Below are positions 51,402 to 64,000 of a stretch of DNA of 64,000 bases, in pieces; the first letter of the stretch is position 1; the number at the start of each line of letters is the position of its first letter. The position numbers and the translations under genes were made by a program. Location of the stretch: assembly GCA_973895155.1 (NCBI GenBank), contig OZ316894.1, positions 7,464,234 through 7,528,233 of the forward strand. Direction: 5' to 3'. The DNA is from Marsupella aquatica (lineage: Eukaryota; Plantae; Marchantiophyta). Under the pieces are notes generated by a model. The model saw nothing but the letters and a program-made list of their open reading frames with translations. It was not told the DNA's origin and did not search any database.

Positions 51402-54400
51402 TTACCTTCGACCACGTCCCCTTCCTCCTCCTCTTCCTCCACCTCCTCTTCCTCCACCCCTACCTCCACCTCGTCCCCGGAAAGGTCTGTCAAATTCTCT
51501 ATCAGGTCTCCCATATGACCTACCTGAGTCTCTATCAGATCTCTCATATGACCTCCCTGAGTCTCTATCAGATCTCTCATATGACCTCCCTGAGTCTCTA
51601 TCCGATCGCTCATAAGATGAGGGCCGTGAGTCTCTTGAGCTGCTTCTATCCCTGTCAAAGCCCCCTCTACCACCTCGTCCTCCACCACGGCCACGACCAC
51701 GGCCACGACCACCATCGCCTCCGCCTCTACTCCCTCTGTCACTCCTCTCACTTCTATAGCCCCTGTCCTCTTGCACCCATGAGTCTTTATCCTCATTGCG
51801 ATCCCCACCTCTGCTCCATACTTCATCATTTCTACGTGTATCACCTCTCCCTCTACTGGCCGTAGCCACTGTTTTCATGTCTTCAAATTCTTCATCCTCA
51901 AGTGGTTCAACATCACTGATAGCTTCATCGCTATCGCTATCGAAATCAAAATCATCAAGCTCATCTTCATCATCATCATCATCATCTTCCATGTCTACAG
52001 CTGACCTCCTCTCTGGAGCTAACCTTCTATCCCTGCGTTCATCCTCATCAAAATCTCCCCTCTTTTTCAAATCAGGTTTCCACTCTTCAAAGGTCGACCG
52101 ACGACCACTTCGAGCGTCACCACCGCCAGATCGACGCTCAAGCCCCTCTGACTCCCGTGAGCGTCCATATGACTCACGTTCACCCCCCCTCCGGACTTCC
52201 GATCGCCCATCCCTGTCGAAACGACTTCCTCTCTCTTGTGGTGCACCTCTCTCGTATCTACTTCCTGTATCATATGATGATTTGTGGCCGGCACCCGCAG
52301 GTCTATCAAACTTACAGTCATGGCACTCTTGATTCCTCGAAAAGTTAAGGAAATTGCATCTGCGGAAACCAGAGCACCAGTGAGAAACTATTCTAAGGAC
52401 ACGTCAAAGACAAACATCGATGACAATGCGAGAACTCCCAATTGACCACCGTTCAAACTAAGTAGTGGACGCTGTAATCTACAACTTACTGTTTACTCAC
52501 GTCCTTCCAGAGAACGAACTAACACAAGATAAGACTAGCACTAAACAGCCCACTCTCGTACTATTATCACAATTGGAAATACTTTACAAAGTTCTGGATC
52601 ATTGGTGCTAGGATGGCGAATACGAGGAGACCCCATAGTCTGTTGAAACTTACTCAGGACATCTCCAGTCTCCAGGACGCATTTCCGGTACTGGCCGCAA
52701 AGAATCACATTCTCGACAAGTTCTGTTCCTGGCAAAGTTCACATACTGGCACCTGCAATCAAAAAGTTCATTAAAACCTTTACAAGTCAAAGAAAGCATA
52801 GAGATAGCATCCTTATGGCAAAAGCCTCCAATGTGGACTTACTCGTCACACTTCCAGTCTCCGGGCTTCATTTCAATGTCAGCATCCCTAATCTTCCTCC
52901 TGCTTTCGCGCTGCCTTCTATCGCTCTTCGGTTCTGCATCTGATTTCCGCTCTATTTTCGGTAGACTCGGATCCCTCGGGACTGCACCAAATGCTAGTGT
53001 TTCTTTTAAAAGATTTTTGCAAGCTGTTTGCACTGCACTAGGAATTTCTAGGCCCTCCTTGCCATACGGTGAGACCTCGAGAGCATATTGAGATAGGAGT
53101 CTAATAACTTCAGGCGTGCCAGAAACATGGTCTGCATTCGCCTTAAAATCTCTTCTCTCACAGCTGGACCTTAGAGCGCAAGGCTTACAGACCTGTAGAC
53201 GAGAACAGAAAGATCAGCTGGAGTAGAACCCCAAAATTCCAACATCATTGGAATACAAACATGGGGCTCCGTGGGTCCGGTACGACATTGGCGGTCGCAA
53301 CGGGTTGATTCTCAGTATGGAGTGCAACGAGGTTTTCTAACAGGACATTCAGCAAAATGATCCTATCGAACTAAGTTGCAAATAGATTCACTACAGGCAA
53401 CAAGAGAACACCGCACTGCTGCTACAGGAAATGACGGGTTTGCGACTCTCTGAATGAGTGGCTTACAGAGATTTCATCAATGGCCAAAAAGTCTCTCATC
53501 CGTTTCCCCGCATTTACCACTTTCCGGTCGGTGGAAGGGCAACCGAAACGAGCTATCACCTCCAGATCTTTCCGAGAATAACGTCTGCAAGCAGAAATGA
53601 ACAAGGTTATCTGGATTACATTTACGTGCGCGACGTATCGGGGATGAGCTGCGATAGCCAAAAACACTTTTCCCAAAGCCTCGCTTTAAAATCACTCGTG
53701 AATGGGGATTCCAACTCATATATCGAACATTAAAGGTTAACGTTGCGAAAAAAAGTAATGGACGGCAATGGTAACAATTCTCCTCGTAGAAGTGCTTAAT
53801 CCACAACGAGTAAACCCCTGACACCGTCAAATCAAAAACAGTATGACTGCATCTGAAGCCAATGCTCTCTCAAAAGCGTTTCAACCAAATAAAGCATAAA
53901 AGTTGACAAAACAGAAAGCCAGCGTTTACTTCGCAATACATACAGAAAGATGTCATCCCGTGAGCGAGCGAAGTTCAGGCAGGCACGCTTGATCAAGCCC
54001 ACATCGTCATTTGTACTTCCGTCCATATCAACAACCGTATTCTCCTCGTTCACGAAATGTCCTTCTGCGTCCAACAGCTTCAAGAACTGTATCCATTCAG
54101 GCCAGGGATGCGCGCTGGATTTCGAACCTACATTCTCCTCGACACGTACCTCGTCCTCCTCTCCTTTAATTTTGCTAGCAGCCACGCCACCAAACTCCTC
54201 ACTTTCTGCGTGCGTCACAGTGTCATAGTCATGATCAGATTCCTGAAGAGCAGCCGACACTTGGGAAGCTGCGGCGTGTTCGGAAGAAACATCAACCTCA
54301 GGAAATCCTGGAGCTACACCAGAGTCCATCTCCACACCCTGCTGCTTCTCAACCACTCTCAATGCACTTCGCAGCTCCGCTAACTCGAGTTCTTTGGATC

Positions 54401-55034
54401 TAATTTCAGCAATTAAAGTGTCTCTCTCTCTCACCTCGTCCGGTTCCTTCTCTACCACCACCGTAGAAGAAACTACTTCCTCAGCAACTTCCGCTTCCTC
54501 CTCCACTATTACCGCCGTCTCTGTCAGCAGCCCAGTTTCCGTCTCCTCACCCTCCCCCACGGCTGCTGCCAATAAAGTCTCCGACTTCTCTTTCTCGTCA
54601 GTCTCTTTCACCAGCGAATCCTTCAGATCGGCAACTGCCTGGGCTTCAGCCGAGCTGAGGCCTCTCGTGAGAAACGGCGACAGCAAGGGCAACCGGCTGG
54701 TTCTCAAACCCCTCCCAGAAACCGCAAATGCATCCGCAAAGTTCCTTCCAGTTCCCGCCCTAGATCGCTCACGAGATGAAACAGCCAATCTCAAATTCCT
54801 GTGGGCTGATAAAGAAGATGATGATCTAGAGAGAATGAGCAGAGCCTGCGAGCGTGGTTGCCTTCCAAAATCTCGGGGAATCAGCGTCGCTGCCTCTACT
54901 TGACGTACCACAGTAAAATTAGAGAAACCTCTCATCGACATACTTCGTGCACCTCCTCCCCCTCCCCCTCCACTTCCCAAGCCTACCGTGCTCCAAACTC
55001 GAATCATCCAGGAACGCGGCAGCTGCTGCGCCAT
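51402..55034 (-). CDS. Organelle zinc-finger protein, VAR3/OZ family (two RanBP2 zinc fingers, RS/RGG-rich tail)
   Basis: Exons 55034-53944, 53584-53467, 53192-52843, 52752-52654 and 52359-51402. Transit-peptide-like N-terminus; HPWPEW, IKRACLNFAR and GCPSTDRKVVNAGKR motifs; fingers GDWKCDECQYVNFARNRTCREC and GDWRCPECNFLNFSRNQECHDC. Confidence 0.92.
51498..51613 (-). repeat. Coding 33-bp minisatellite (SYERSDRDSGR, about 3.5 copies)
   Basis: CATATGACCTCCCTGAGTCTCTATCAGATCTCT is repeated within the last exon. Confidence 0.85.
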
Positions 55035-55574
55035 GGCAAAGATTTTCCGCCGATGCAGCCAGCACCGACCGCGCGGCCGCCTCGGATCCGCAACACACCC
55101 GCTTCCAATTCAGGTGATTGAATGCCTCACCATTCTCTCGATGAAGCTCGTCACGTCCTCGAACTCACTGCTGCTCTTCGGTCCCTTGATAAGCTTCTCC
55201 TGTCGAATCAGCACTCCATGGATCTTGTCACAAAACCGGCCCACAAGTGCTGCCAATTCGTGTCGAACAATCTATCGACGTCGTCTCGTGACTGTGTGAG
55301 GGTTTCTTACCTTAGCTTCGCTTCTCCTCGCTTCTCAGGTGTCTTGCCTCTTGTCCTCGTGTTTCTATGCTGTTTCTGTTGACTAGCACGAAGAACAAAG
55401 AGGCCGCCAACGAAAGTCGAAGGGCTGGGACAATAAACCCTAGCTGACAGTTGAAAACACCTTAACGACTTAAACCCTCTCTTCCAGGTTTTTCCAAGTT
55501 TCCAAGAAAACAACGTGGAGCCAGATTAGCTCGTGAGTACACTGTTCTACTAACTAGTCTGTTGCACACTATTA

Positions 55575-55984
55575 GGGCGACTCATTTATGATATATCCCA
55601 TAACCCAAGTTATGGAACCCAATTAAAGAATTAAAAAATGGGGGGAGATAACATTGACCCGCCCCATAAGGTAAGAGTTACTGTCTCATAGTATATATTA
55701 GTTTTTTTTCAATTCTTGATCAGCCACAGCCTCAAATGCAGCAGCTATCACCAAGTCAGGAACAAATCCCACATGCGTTCAGTCGAGGCTTTCTGGAGTT
55801 CTGGAGTCCTGGATTTCCGGATTTTTGGATTTTTGGATTTCCACCTGAAGTTGTAGGCAAATTTAGGGGGGAGGGCTTTCATTACGGTGGCCAAAGATCG
55901 GCTCCCATAACTTTTACACGAGTGCCCATAATACTTGAGTTATGGGAGGGCCTTATCTTGTTAAGGCCAAACTTTGAGACGCCC
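55575..55984. mobile_element. Probable MITE upstream of the VAR3/OZ-like gene
   Basis: TIRs GGGCGACTCA and TGAGACGCCC are flanked by TATTA on both sides, with internal CCCATAA/TTATGG motifs. A related, more decayed copy may span about 56130-56623. Confidence 0.55.
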
Positions 55985-58234
55985 TATTAGAGCATCTCCA
56001 CCGTTTTGGCGGAACGTGACCGCTATCTCGCTATCGGCAAATTTTTCCAGGTCGTTTGCGGGCCCAGAGTTTTTAGGAGCTGCGTTCATTTAAGTCCACA
56101 CCCGCACCCCCCAAATATGGGCCCCCATAGGGCATCTCAAAGTACTGAATTTGATTGATAGACCTTAAGTTTGTAGAATTTGATGGACCTTTAGGGCCAA
56201 CTTGCATGAGAGCAGCCATTGACAACACGGCCCTCAAATTGAGAGATGGCAGACTTTAGCGGAGCAAGACAAGAGTGCAGTGCCCCTCTCTTGTGCCAGG
56301 CTTGTGGCTAGAAATAAGGAGATACTTTCCACCCCTCAGAAGTCCTGCCTTCAGCCTCGGGAAGACGACCAAAAAGAAAGACACTGACAAACAAAAAATA
56401 GGGGCACGAACTGCCTTGCGGAGTGCATGTGTTGCACTTGAACAGATCCTGCTTCTGCTGCTTGTTCCGCTCTTGCAAGGGCTGCATTTTTCAGGACCTC
56501 CCACATGCGAGTTGGGCCTAAGTCTGTAGTTAAGGGTTAAGGACACAAAAAGTTACCAGTTACCAAATTCTTAGTCCATAACTTTTTGAAACCATCACCC
56601 ATAATTTGAAGCTTGGGGACGTCCTATTGTTGATATTAACTGATCTTGAGTGGAATTGTTGTCGAGTGTAAGTGAAACGGTCAAGGAATCAGCAAGGCGA
56701 CATGGCAACTGGATTCCAACGGTCAAGGAATCAACAAGTCAGCCTGACAACTGAATTTCAAGGAGTGCACGAGCAGTGGGGAGAATGACAGGCTGGGTGC
56801 CAAAACGGTGCACAATGGTACCCTCTAGGCCCATCTCCTGGTTAGGGAAAATCTATAATTACATGGCTACATAGGTTCTGGCGAGAATGACATTTTGTCA
56901 ACAAATCATGAGAAAGAAAGAACAAGGTTGCATATTACACTGCTTAGATTTATAATTTAAGAAGACTATATTGTATTACCCTGCCAGCCCAGTCCGTTTG
57001 TGTTGGATAGCCGAATGCCGTCTTATCATAGCCGGTTTGTTATTGTTGCAAAAGTGTTGTTGTCACTCCCGCCTCCCCTTTTGCTTCTCTGCCCCACCAC
57101 AAGCCATGGAGGTCAATTCTGCTGTTGAAGCTTGCAAACCTCGGTTGGAGGAGAAACCCTGTTTGTTTAGGGTTCTAGTAGCAATCTCGAGTTGATGTAG
57201 TAGAATGGTCCAAGCTTTGCAAACTTCAGCAGTAGCATCAACCTGCACGTCTTGTGCTGGCTGGTAATAAACTAAATTGAGGAAAAGTTAGTAATTATCT
57301 TCAATCTTAGGTGGCAAGGGTAGTAAAACATGGTTTAGTGACAAGCTTATCAAAAGAATTTGTAATGATACCCTCCTCAATTGCCTTCTTAAAGGTTGTT
57401 TAGGCCAAGAAACATCAAGTCAGAATGCAGGTCTCCTTTGTCATAGACAAAACCCAGTAACGTCGTTGCAGTAGGTCAATTTGAAAATGAGGAGGGAGGA
57501 GGCAACTGAGGAGGGTCGTTGTGTGAGTTGCAGTTCCGAGTATTAGCCAACACACCTCAAATGAGCTTTAAAATTGGCGTTGCACGTGGTTTTTCTCTTA
57601 TGGAAATTAATCCGTGGACCCCCATATTCATCCAAGGAATGTGCGTGATTAAGTGAAATCAATTTTCATCAAGGCGTTAACCAATGGTTTTGAGTCTCCT
57701 GATGGTGTTAGTGTGTGCTCGTACAAAAACAAATGCTCAAAAGATAGAGATTTATCAAACGGAAGGTTGAATGTGGAGGAATTGAGTTTTCTTATAGGTT
57801 TTGTTTACACATTGGAGAAATCATCTTTCAACCATTCTTGATTGATTGTTTGTGAGTTACATTGAGCATTACCGCCACAAGACAGACTGGAGCACAACAC
57901 CTAGCTGTTGGCAAAAGAGCGCTTGTCGATTCGGTGGGAAGAACACACAAAACGAACGAGCCATCACTTAGAAAAAGGATTTATAGTTATTATTTAGGAA
58001 AGCTATGGTGTGAGGGGAAGACCAACAATTGTAACTTCTTTGACATAGAGGCTGCATTTGGCATCAACCTGTGTTTCGAGTGAACTTTAGTTGAAGACTA
58101 TCTAAGAGATGCGAACAATTCAAGTCGGGAAGCAAGCATTGTGGTTAAGCGATGGCGACGTAATCAAAGAAATCAATTTGTAGCGGCTAAGCTTGTGACG
58201 GTGACGAGATTGTGATATCTCTTAATCAAGAAAA

Positions 58235-58720
58235 GGGTTTCCAATGAGCCTCAAATTGACAAATTTTGTCAAGTTCCATATGAGTTTTTGAATTTCTTTG
58301 CCTTTCCAATGAGTGTGAGTATAAAAAAATTTGATCATGAGTTCATGAATTCTTCTAGCTTTCTAACATTGAGTCCGACATTGACAAATTTCATGTCAAA
58401 TTTTGTCACGGTACTCAAGAGATCAGGAGGTTTTCAATCTCTTTAGCTTTCTAATGTGTGACATTGAGATTATTTGTCAAGAAATAGAGAGATTATGAGT
58501 ATCTAAATTTCTCTAGCTTTCCAATGAACCTAACATTGATAGATTTTGTCAAGTACTAAGGAGATGATGAGTTTTTAATTTTACTCTAGCTTTCCAATGA
58601 GTGTGACATTGAGAGATTTTATCAAGTCAAACATTACTAAAGAGATCACAAGTTTCTAAATCATGATCTTGAATTTTCCAATGTATCAAACATTGGCAGA
58701 TCGATTTTATCAAGTACAAA
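58235..58720. repeat. Degenerate tandem array of about 60-bp units (roughly 8 copies)
   Basis: Recurrent CTAGCTTTCCAATGAG..TGACATTGA.A.ATTTT.TCAAG...GAGAT..(T)GAGTTT units. Confidence 0.75.
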
Positions 58721-61700
58721 GGTGATTTATTATTTAGTTTTACAATGTGAAGCCAAAGGGGTCTTAACTATGTACATTTCTATCGATTGTTTTTTTTCAA
58801 ATTTGCAAACAATTAAAAAATATGAGCATTTTGATATAAAACACTGATATATCTTTGACAAACATCAAAATGGTAACTTTGTTTTACTAAATGACATCTC
58901 TTCATTTGTATTTTGGTTTTTTTTTACGTTTAATATTTACGGCATGGCGTCCCAAAAATTACTTTGCTTTTGCCACAAACAGGAATGTGCATGTTTGTTA
59001 TTGTTAAAAGTATGATCATTCCTGTTTGTGGTTAGTTGTGGTGATGTGGCGCAACCTCATGGCAGAGAATTTGCAAGAGACCCCTAGTGGGGGTCCGTAA
59101 AGAAGAGTGTCTTAATTAAGTTCTGGGAAGATACAAGATTAACTAAAGTGACATTGGTAAAGATCCATGATTGCTCATGTAGTTGGTTTTGGGGGGTCAT
59201 TTATAAAAACAGGGAGGTACCACATGCCACCCAAACTAGATTTTTCAGACTATTTTAATCATAGATTTCTAAAACGTATGATTTCAGATTTTGTGTCTCT
59301 AATCACCTTGTATTGTAATATAAGGTGATTAAAATAAAAATAAGGAACTTTGATTATTTATCTTTTATAAAGTAAAATAGGTCAAATTCAGACTACACAT
59401 AGAAAATTATTTTTACAAAGTAGGGGTATTTTAATTATGTCATGATTGCACATGGTATTCTAAAAATTACACTAAATCCCCCAGGTTTTTTTTGTATGCT
59501 TCAATCGTGGCATACAAAGTCGCACTTTTCTGCTTTGAGTGTAATTTGAGAATGAATGGATAATTTCATGATTTTATATCTTTACTAAATAGATTTCTAT
59601 TATCAAATGTAGTATTACACCCAATGCTAGATGTCTCAAGCTATGTTGCTTTCCTGGAGCTGATACATATTGACTGCTAAGGTTGGAATCTTGGAGGTTG
59701 AAATCACGCACAATGTTTTTGGGTAATAAGCACCCTGGAAATTCATTCATCATTTTACCCCTGTTTGTTTGGAATATTCTAAAAATACTCCAAACGGTGG
59801 TTTTTAACACCCTATAATCTGAGTGTTCTTATAATTCTTCAAATTGGTTAAGAGAGCCCTCTTTTTTTTCCCATAAATTTATGCGTCGTTCCTGAACCCA
59901 ATAAAATATTCATGTACTTATTTGCATGTGAGGGGTACGTAGAAAATAAATAAGGACCCCTGTGTTGGAAGTATTTTATATCAATTGGAACAAGTTTTCA
60001 TCATAATTATCACCCAGACTCATCCAAAATCTTTATTAAAATTGTTTGATTCCACCCCACTTACTAATATACCCGGTTGATACCAAGAAAAAAATTTAAA
60101 CATAAAGTGGTGAACATATTTGCTTCCATTATATTGCCCTAAAAAGAGTAAATGTTTAGTTCTGAGATTTATTGTCTTGCCATTGCTTAGGGTGAAGTTA
60201 CTCCTTTGTCATCCAAGAAAGCAGTCCAGCACTAACCGCCTTCATTGTGGCAGGCAAGTTTCCAAGTTCAAACTCCATAAGTCAACATACTTTTGCATAA
60301 ACCTCCATCCCAAAGTGGGATTCAACAAAGCCTCTTTCCACACAGGAGATATGACACTTAAAAGGGTTTGAGGTCTCGTTCTTAATTAGTCACCTAGAAC
60401 AAAATGTGTGGGCAGACATCATCTAGGAGGGGAACCCAAGGGTTTATAATAAATGAGTTTGCTAGGACGAAGTGTGCTTGAATTAGACTTTTATGCCCTG
60501 TATCCACTAGTATCCATTCTTAATTAGAAACTTGGGAGATACCTTGAACCTTGATTACGAATGGCCCAAGTCAGAAAATAATATTATGGTTGTTCCCTCC
60601 CTAGTGCTCTACAGTCTAAGTTTAGTAAGATTGAGATTAATATGCTATATATGGGGGGAAATATATTAAGAAATGGGGAATCCAGCTAGGTAGAGACTTA
60701 GTGGAAGAAGAAAGCTTAAAATAAGGCTTCTATTAGTGTATATGGAAATAGTAATACATAAATCTATCATTTTGCTTATTTACAGAGTTGTATTTAACAC
60801 CTCTAGAAAATACTATTATCCACCGTTGGTACGTAATGCGGGTTGGCTGGGTTTACTTAGTGTTCTAAGAACCATCATATTGGTGGCTTTGGTTCACCTC
60901 TAGCTGTTGCCAATTTAATAGATAATTTATCTATAACTATAATAAGGGATCCCGCCTTTTTTTGTTATTTGTCCCAATACAAAAAAGCCCCTAGATGGGA
61001 AAGATCCACAGCCATTGGATTTTTTTGGCTGTTTTCCCTGACATTGATGGAGGAAACGGGCACCTCTGGTGCATATGTGCTTCCTCACGTTGCCCCCAAA
61101 ATGCCCCAGCCCAACCCGACTCCCTATGGGCAGGTCCTCCTTGTGCCATGCAACACATGGGCATAGGGCTCGTTATTTGATATTAGATAATTTTACATAT
61201 TTTTGCCAAATCTACTACTATCAATTAGCACAGTTATGTGTTTGGATTATTCCAAACAGGGGAGTTTTAATGCTTGTGAATATACTGTATTAATTTCATT
61301 TTTAAACCTCTAACTTTGTCCCTCGTGCCCCAAGCCCTATACATTCTGAGGAGCGCAGGGTGAGGTAGAAGCATCATCATCGGTGGGGATGGCAATATAG
61401 TCCGGTGGGCTATACACTTTGTCTCATGTCTTTCAAGTTGCACAACCATGAGACCCTATGGCTAAAAAAATGCTTATTTTCTCTTTTGGTTTCTAATGAA
61501 AAAATAAAAACCAAGATCTTGCCAACATGTCTTGAAGATTAAGGGCACTGTCTGTCTCATCAGCCCTTAGGCAATCAAGGGTAGCCATTGAAAGTGGAGT
61601 GGGACCAATCTACCATTGATCCTTGAACAGAGTACAATGCACTCTACGTCCGTGCCAATTGGGCCATAGCTTACAATTGCATTTAAATCCACATTCATAT

Positions 61701-64000
61701 TTCAGTAACGCTAAGATTGTGAAAGGAAACGGACATGTTGAGGGACCAATGTTGTGCTTCATGACAAAGAAGCAATTCACAAATAATTCAATCAAACTAG
61801 ACAAGTAAAGATTATAATAATTGTTTCTTTCATGGACACTAAGCAGATTGAGGAGCAGGCGGATCATTCTACTTGTAGACGTCCATTAGGATTTGGTGCA
61901 ATTGGTTCTTTCTGAGTTACAAATTGTTTCTATTTAATTTAAAATGGCACTTTGAGGATCAAGTCTAACAAAATTATTATTTAAGTTACTTGTGAGCATA
62001 TTAGAAATTAGATCAAGAAGCAACAACCATGATTGTGCAATTTGGTGGCAAGATTGTTAAGTACATCCTTAGTCGTTTGACGCCTTATGGGATGCCCTGT
62101 CATATTCTTCACGGCTTCAATGTATGTAATGACTTAAATTAATTCTATTACAAACTTAGTTCACTTTGGCTATTGGTGTTTTTACAGCTATGGTTTGGCA
62201 ATCTAACTCAGATGACACCAAATTAGGAAGGAACTTAGATTCAATTGTTGAATGACAACAAACACTTTACATATCCTCCAGCAAGAGCAAAGGTAACATT
62301 TCCATTAAAGAGACAACTTCATATGTACAAGTAGCTGACTTGATTGAATTGAATATCAAGTCAAGAGTGTGAGGAAACTATTTCTCTACACTTGTCATGG
62401 AAAAAGGCTTTGGATAAATAAATTCCTAATAGGAACCAAACTACAATAAATTAGCCAAACAATCTTATGGGAACTAGAACTAGTATCCAAACACAACTAC
62501 CGAGTTCGTTGAGCATTACTCACATGGTGTTAAAGCTGGTGGAGGTGTATATACAAGATTCATCAGCTTCTCCACCTCACCTCAATTCAAACCTTCCACT
62601 TATGAATTATAGCTCTATAATAATGCGTTGAGTGTGTAATGACTCTTAGTGCACATAAAGTTTTTGCCACCATGAGGTTTGTGCAAGTGTGTAAGCTCTA
62701 TTTGTTGCAATTTTAGCCAACTTTAAGTTGTATAGCCTTATGATGATCTTCTATGTCAGCCCCTCCAGGCCTCTATTTCTCCTTGCTCCCCATTAGGTCC
62801 CTATGGAAATTGGTCTTATCCTTGCACTTCTCAACGTATAAAGTTGCCCAACAAACAAATTTTGGATGTTTTAATCATATCTAGTGATGCCCTCTCCTTG
62901 GTGTTGGATGTAGCCCTTGTTTGTCCTTGTGTTCTTAGTGAATTGGGTGTTGTTGTAAGGCAAGTTGGAGGATTATCTTGTTGTTGTGTTGGAACAACCT
63001 TCTGGTCGTGAGCAAGAGAAACTATCTTTAAACCATTCAAGATCCTCCTCAACATTTTTATTACGGATCCCATGAGAGGTCCCTTCCAAAATTCCTGGCA
63101 CCACAGTGTGCGACGTCAACAACAACCGCAACAAGCAAGACTCATCAGTTTTGTGAATCAAACTTATAACTTTCATTCGTGTTTGTGTCAATTTGGGTGT
63201 AAATTTTGGGACGCCATGCCGTAAAAGGAAAAGTAAACAATTAGAAATGCAAAGAGCAAGACGATTAAAACTGTCACTATGTAACCGTTTTAGTTATTTA
63301 TCCAATTTTAAAACTTAGATTCAAATTTTTTTAAAGTTTTTTTCATATAATAAATAATGACTAATAACTAACTTGATAACTTCCTTGTTAAAGGGCAATT
63401 GGCACCTGGAGTAAGATTTCCGGCCCTTTGGAATTAAGGTAAACTGCAAGCCATGGTCCAAACTTGAACTCAACAAACTGATACAATTTATTTGATTAGA
63501 CATTCACTAATTTCAAATGGACTTGCCATGGATTGAATTCTGACTCTTGTAACTTGAGAATTTGGTAGCATGTGGCGGAAAGGCCTGATTTTGACAACTG
63601 CTTGTGATAACCATGCTATCAATTAGCCAAGGGGTCCACAAACTAATTACATTATCTATGGAGTACCGCCACAAAATGCTGTAAGTGAGGAATGAATTGG
63701 CACCTTGGAGCACTACTTTGCCCACATCAACATCTCATTCATAAGAGCATTGATAAGTTGTAACGACAATGTCAATGATAAGCAATTGATCTCATAATTT
63801 ACGTTCAAAAATCTTTAACAAACAGAAGAGGCAATTAGTTCAAATTGATATGCGCATTCTCCCATCCGTGGTTTCACACAGAATAAAGTGAAAATTTTAA
63901 AAATAAAATTTAAAAAAATAAAATAATTCAATAAGGCATATCATCCATATCTTCAAGAAGATAGATGAGGTCCTTTAATTTGCACGTTGCACAGAAGGTT

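Noticed and set aside
51307-52332. Plus-strand Ser/Pro/His-rich ORFs
   Set aside because: These are antisense shadows of the low-complexity last exon of the VAR3/OZ-like gene.
59000-64000. Short ORFs in the AT-rich right end
   Set aside because: No motifs, splice-consistent models or terminal repeats were found; this is probably old TE debris or intergenic DNA.

Overview
This is eukaryotic land-plant nuclear DNA with spliceosomal introns, plant-type genes and plant tRNA primer sites. The gene style suggests a non-seed plant such as a liverwort, which is inference only. Host genes are a 4-exon Ca2+-binding mitochondrial ATP-Mg/Pi carrier, a 9-exon sorcin-like penta-EF-hand protein, a 2-exon AG-peptide, a 5-exon VAR3/OZ-type RanBP2 zinc-finger protein and a putative 3-exon orphan gene. 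The rest is a nest of transposons: an intact-ORF Ty3/gypsy element (4108-11775), a decayed Ty1/copia element (38867-45859), a truncated L1-type LINE and several MITEs. The main finding is a large TIR DNA transposon whose right end is at 15371 and which runs off the left edge of the window. It carries a decayed, intron-containing P-element/THAP9-like transposase, an EDM2-like multi-PHD-finger gene and captured host fragments (R2R3-MYB, CCD1). A 292-bp element with the same terminus and an 8-bp TSD sits inside the young copia element, implying recent mobilisation of this family. All calls come from manual reading and motif recognition; no searches were run.
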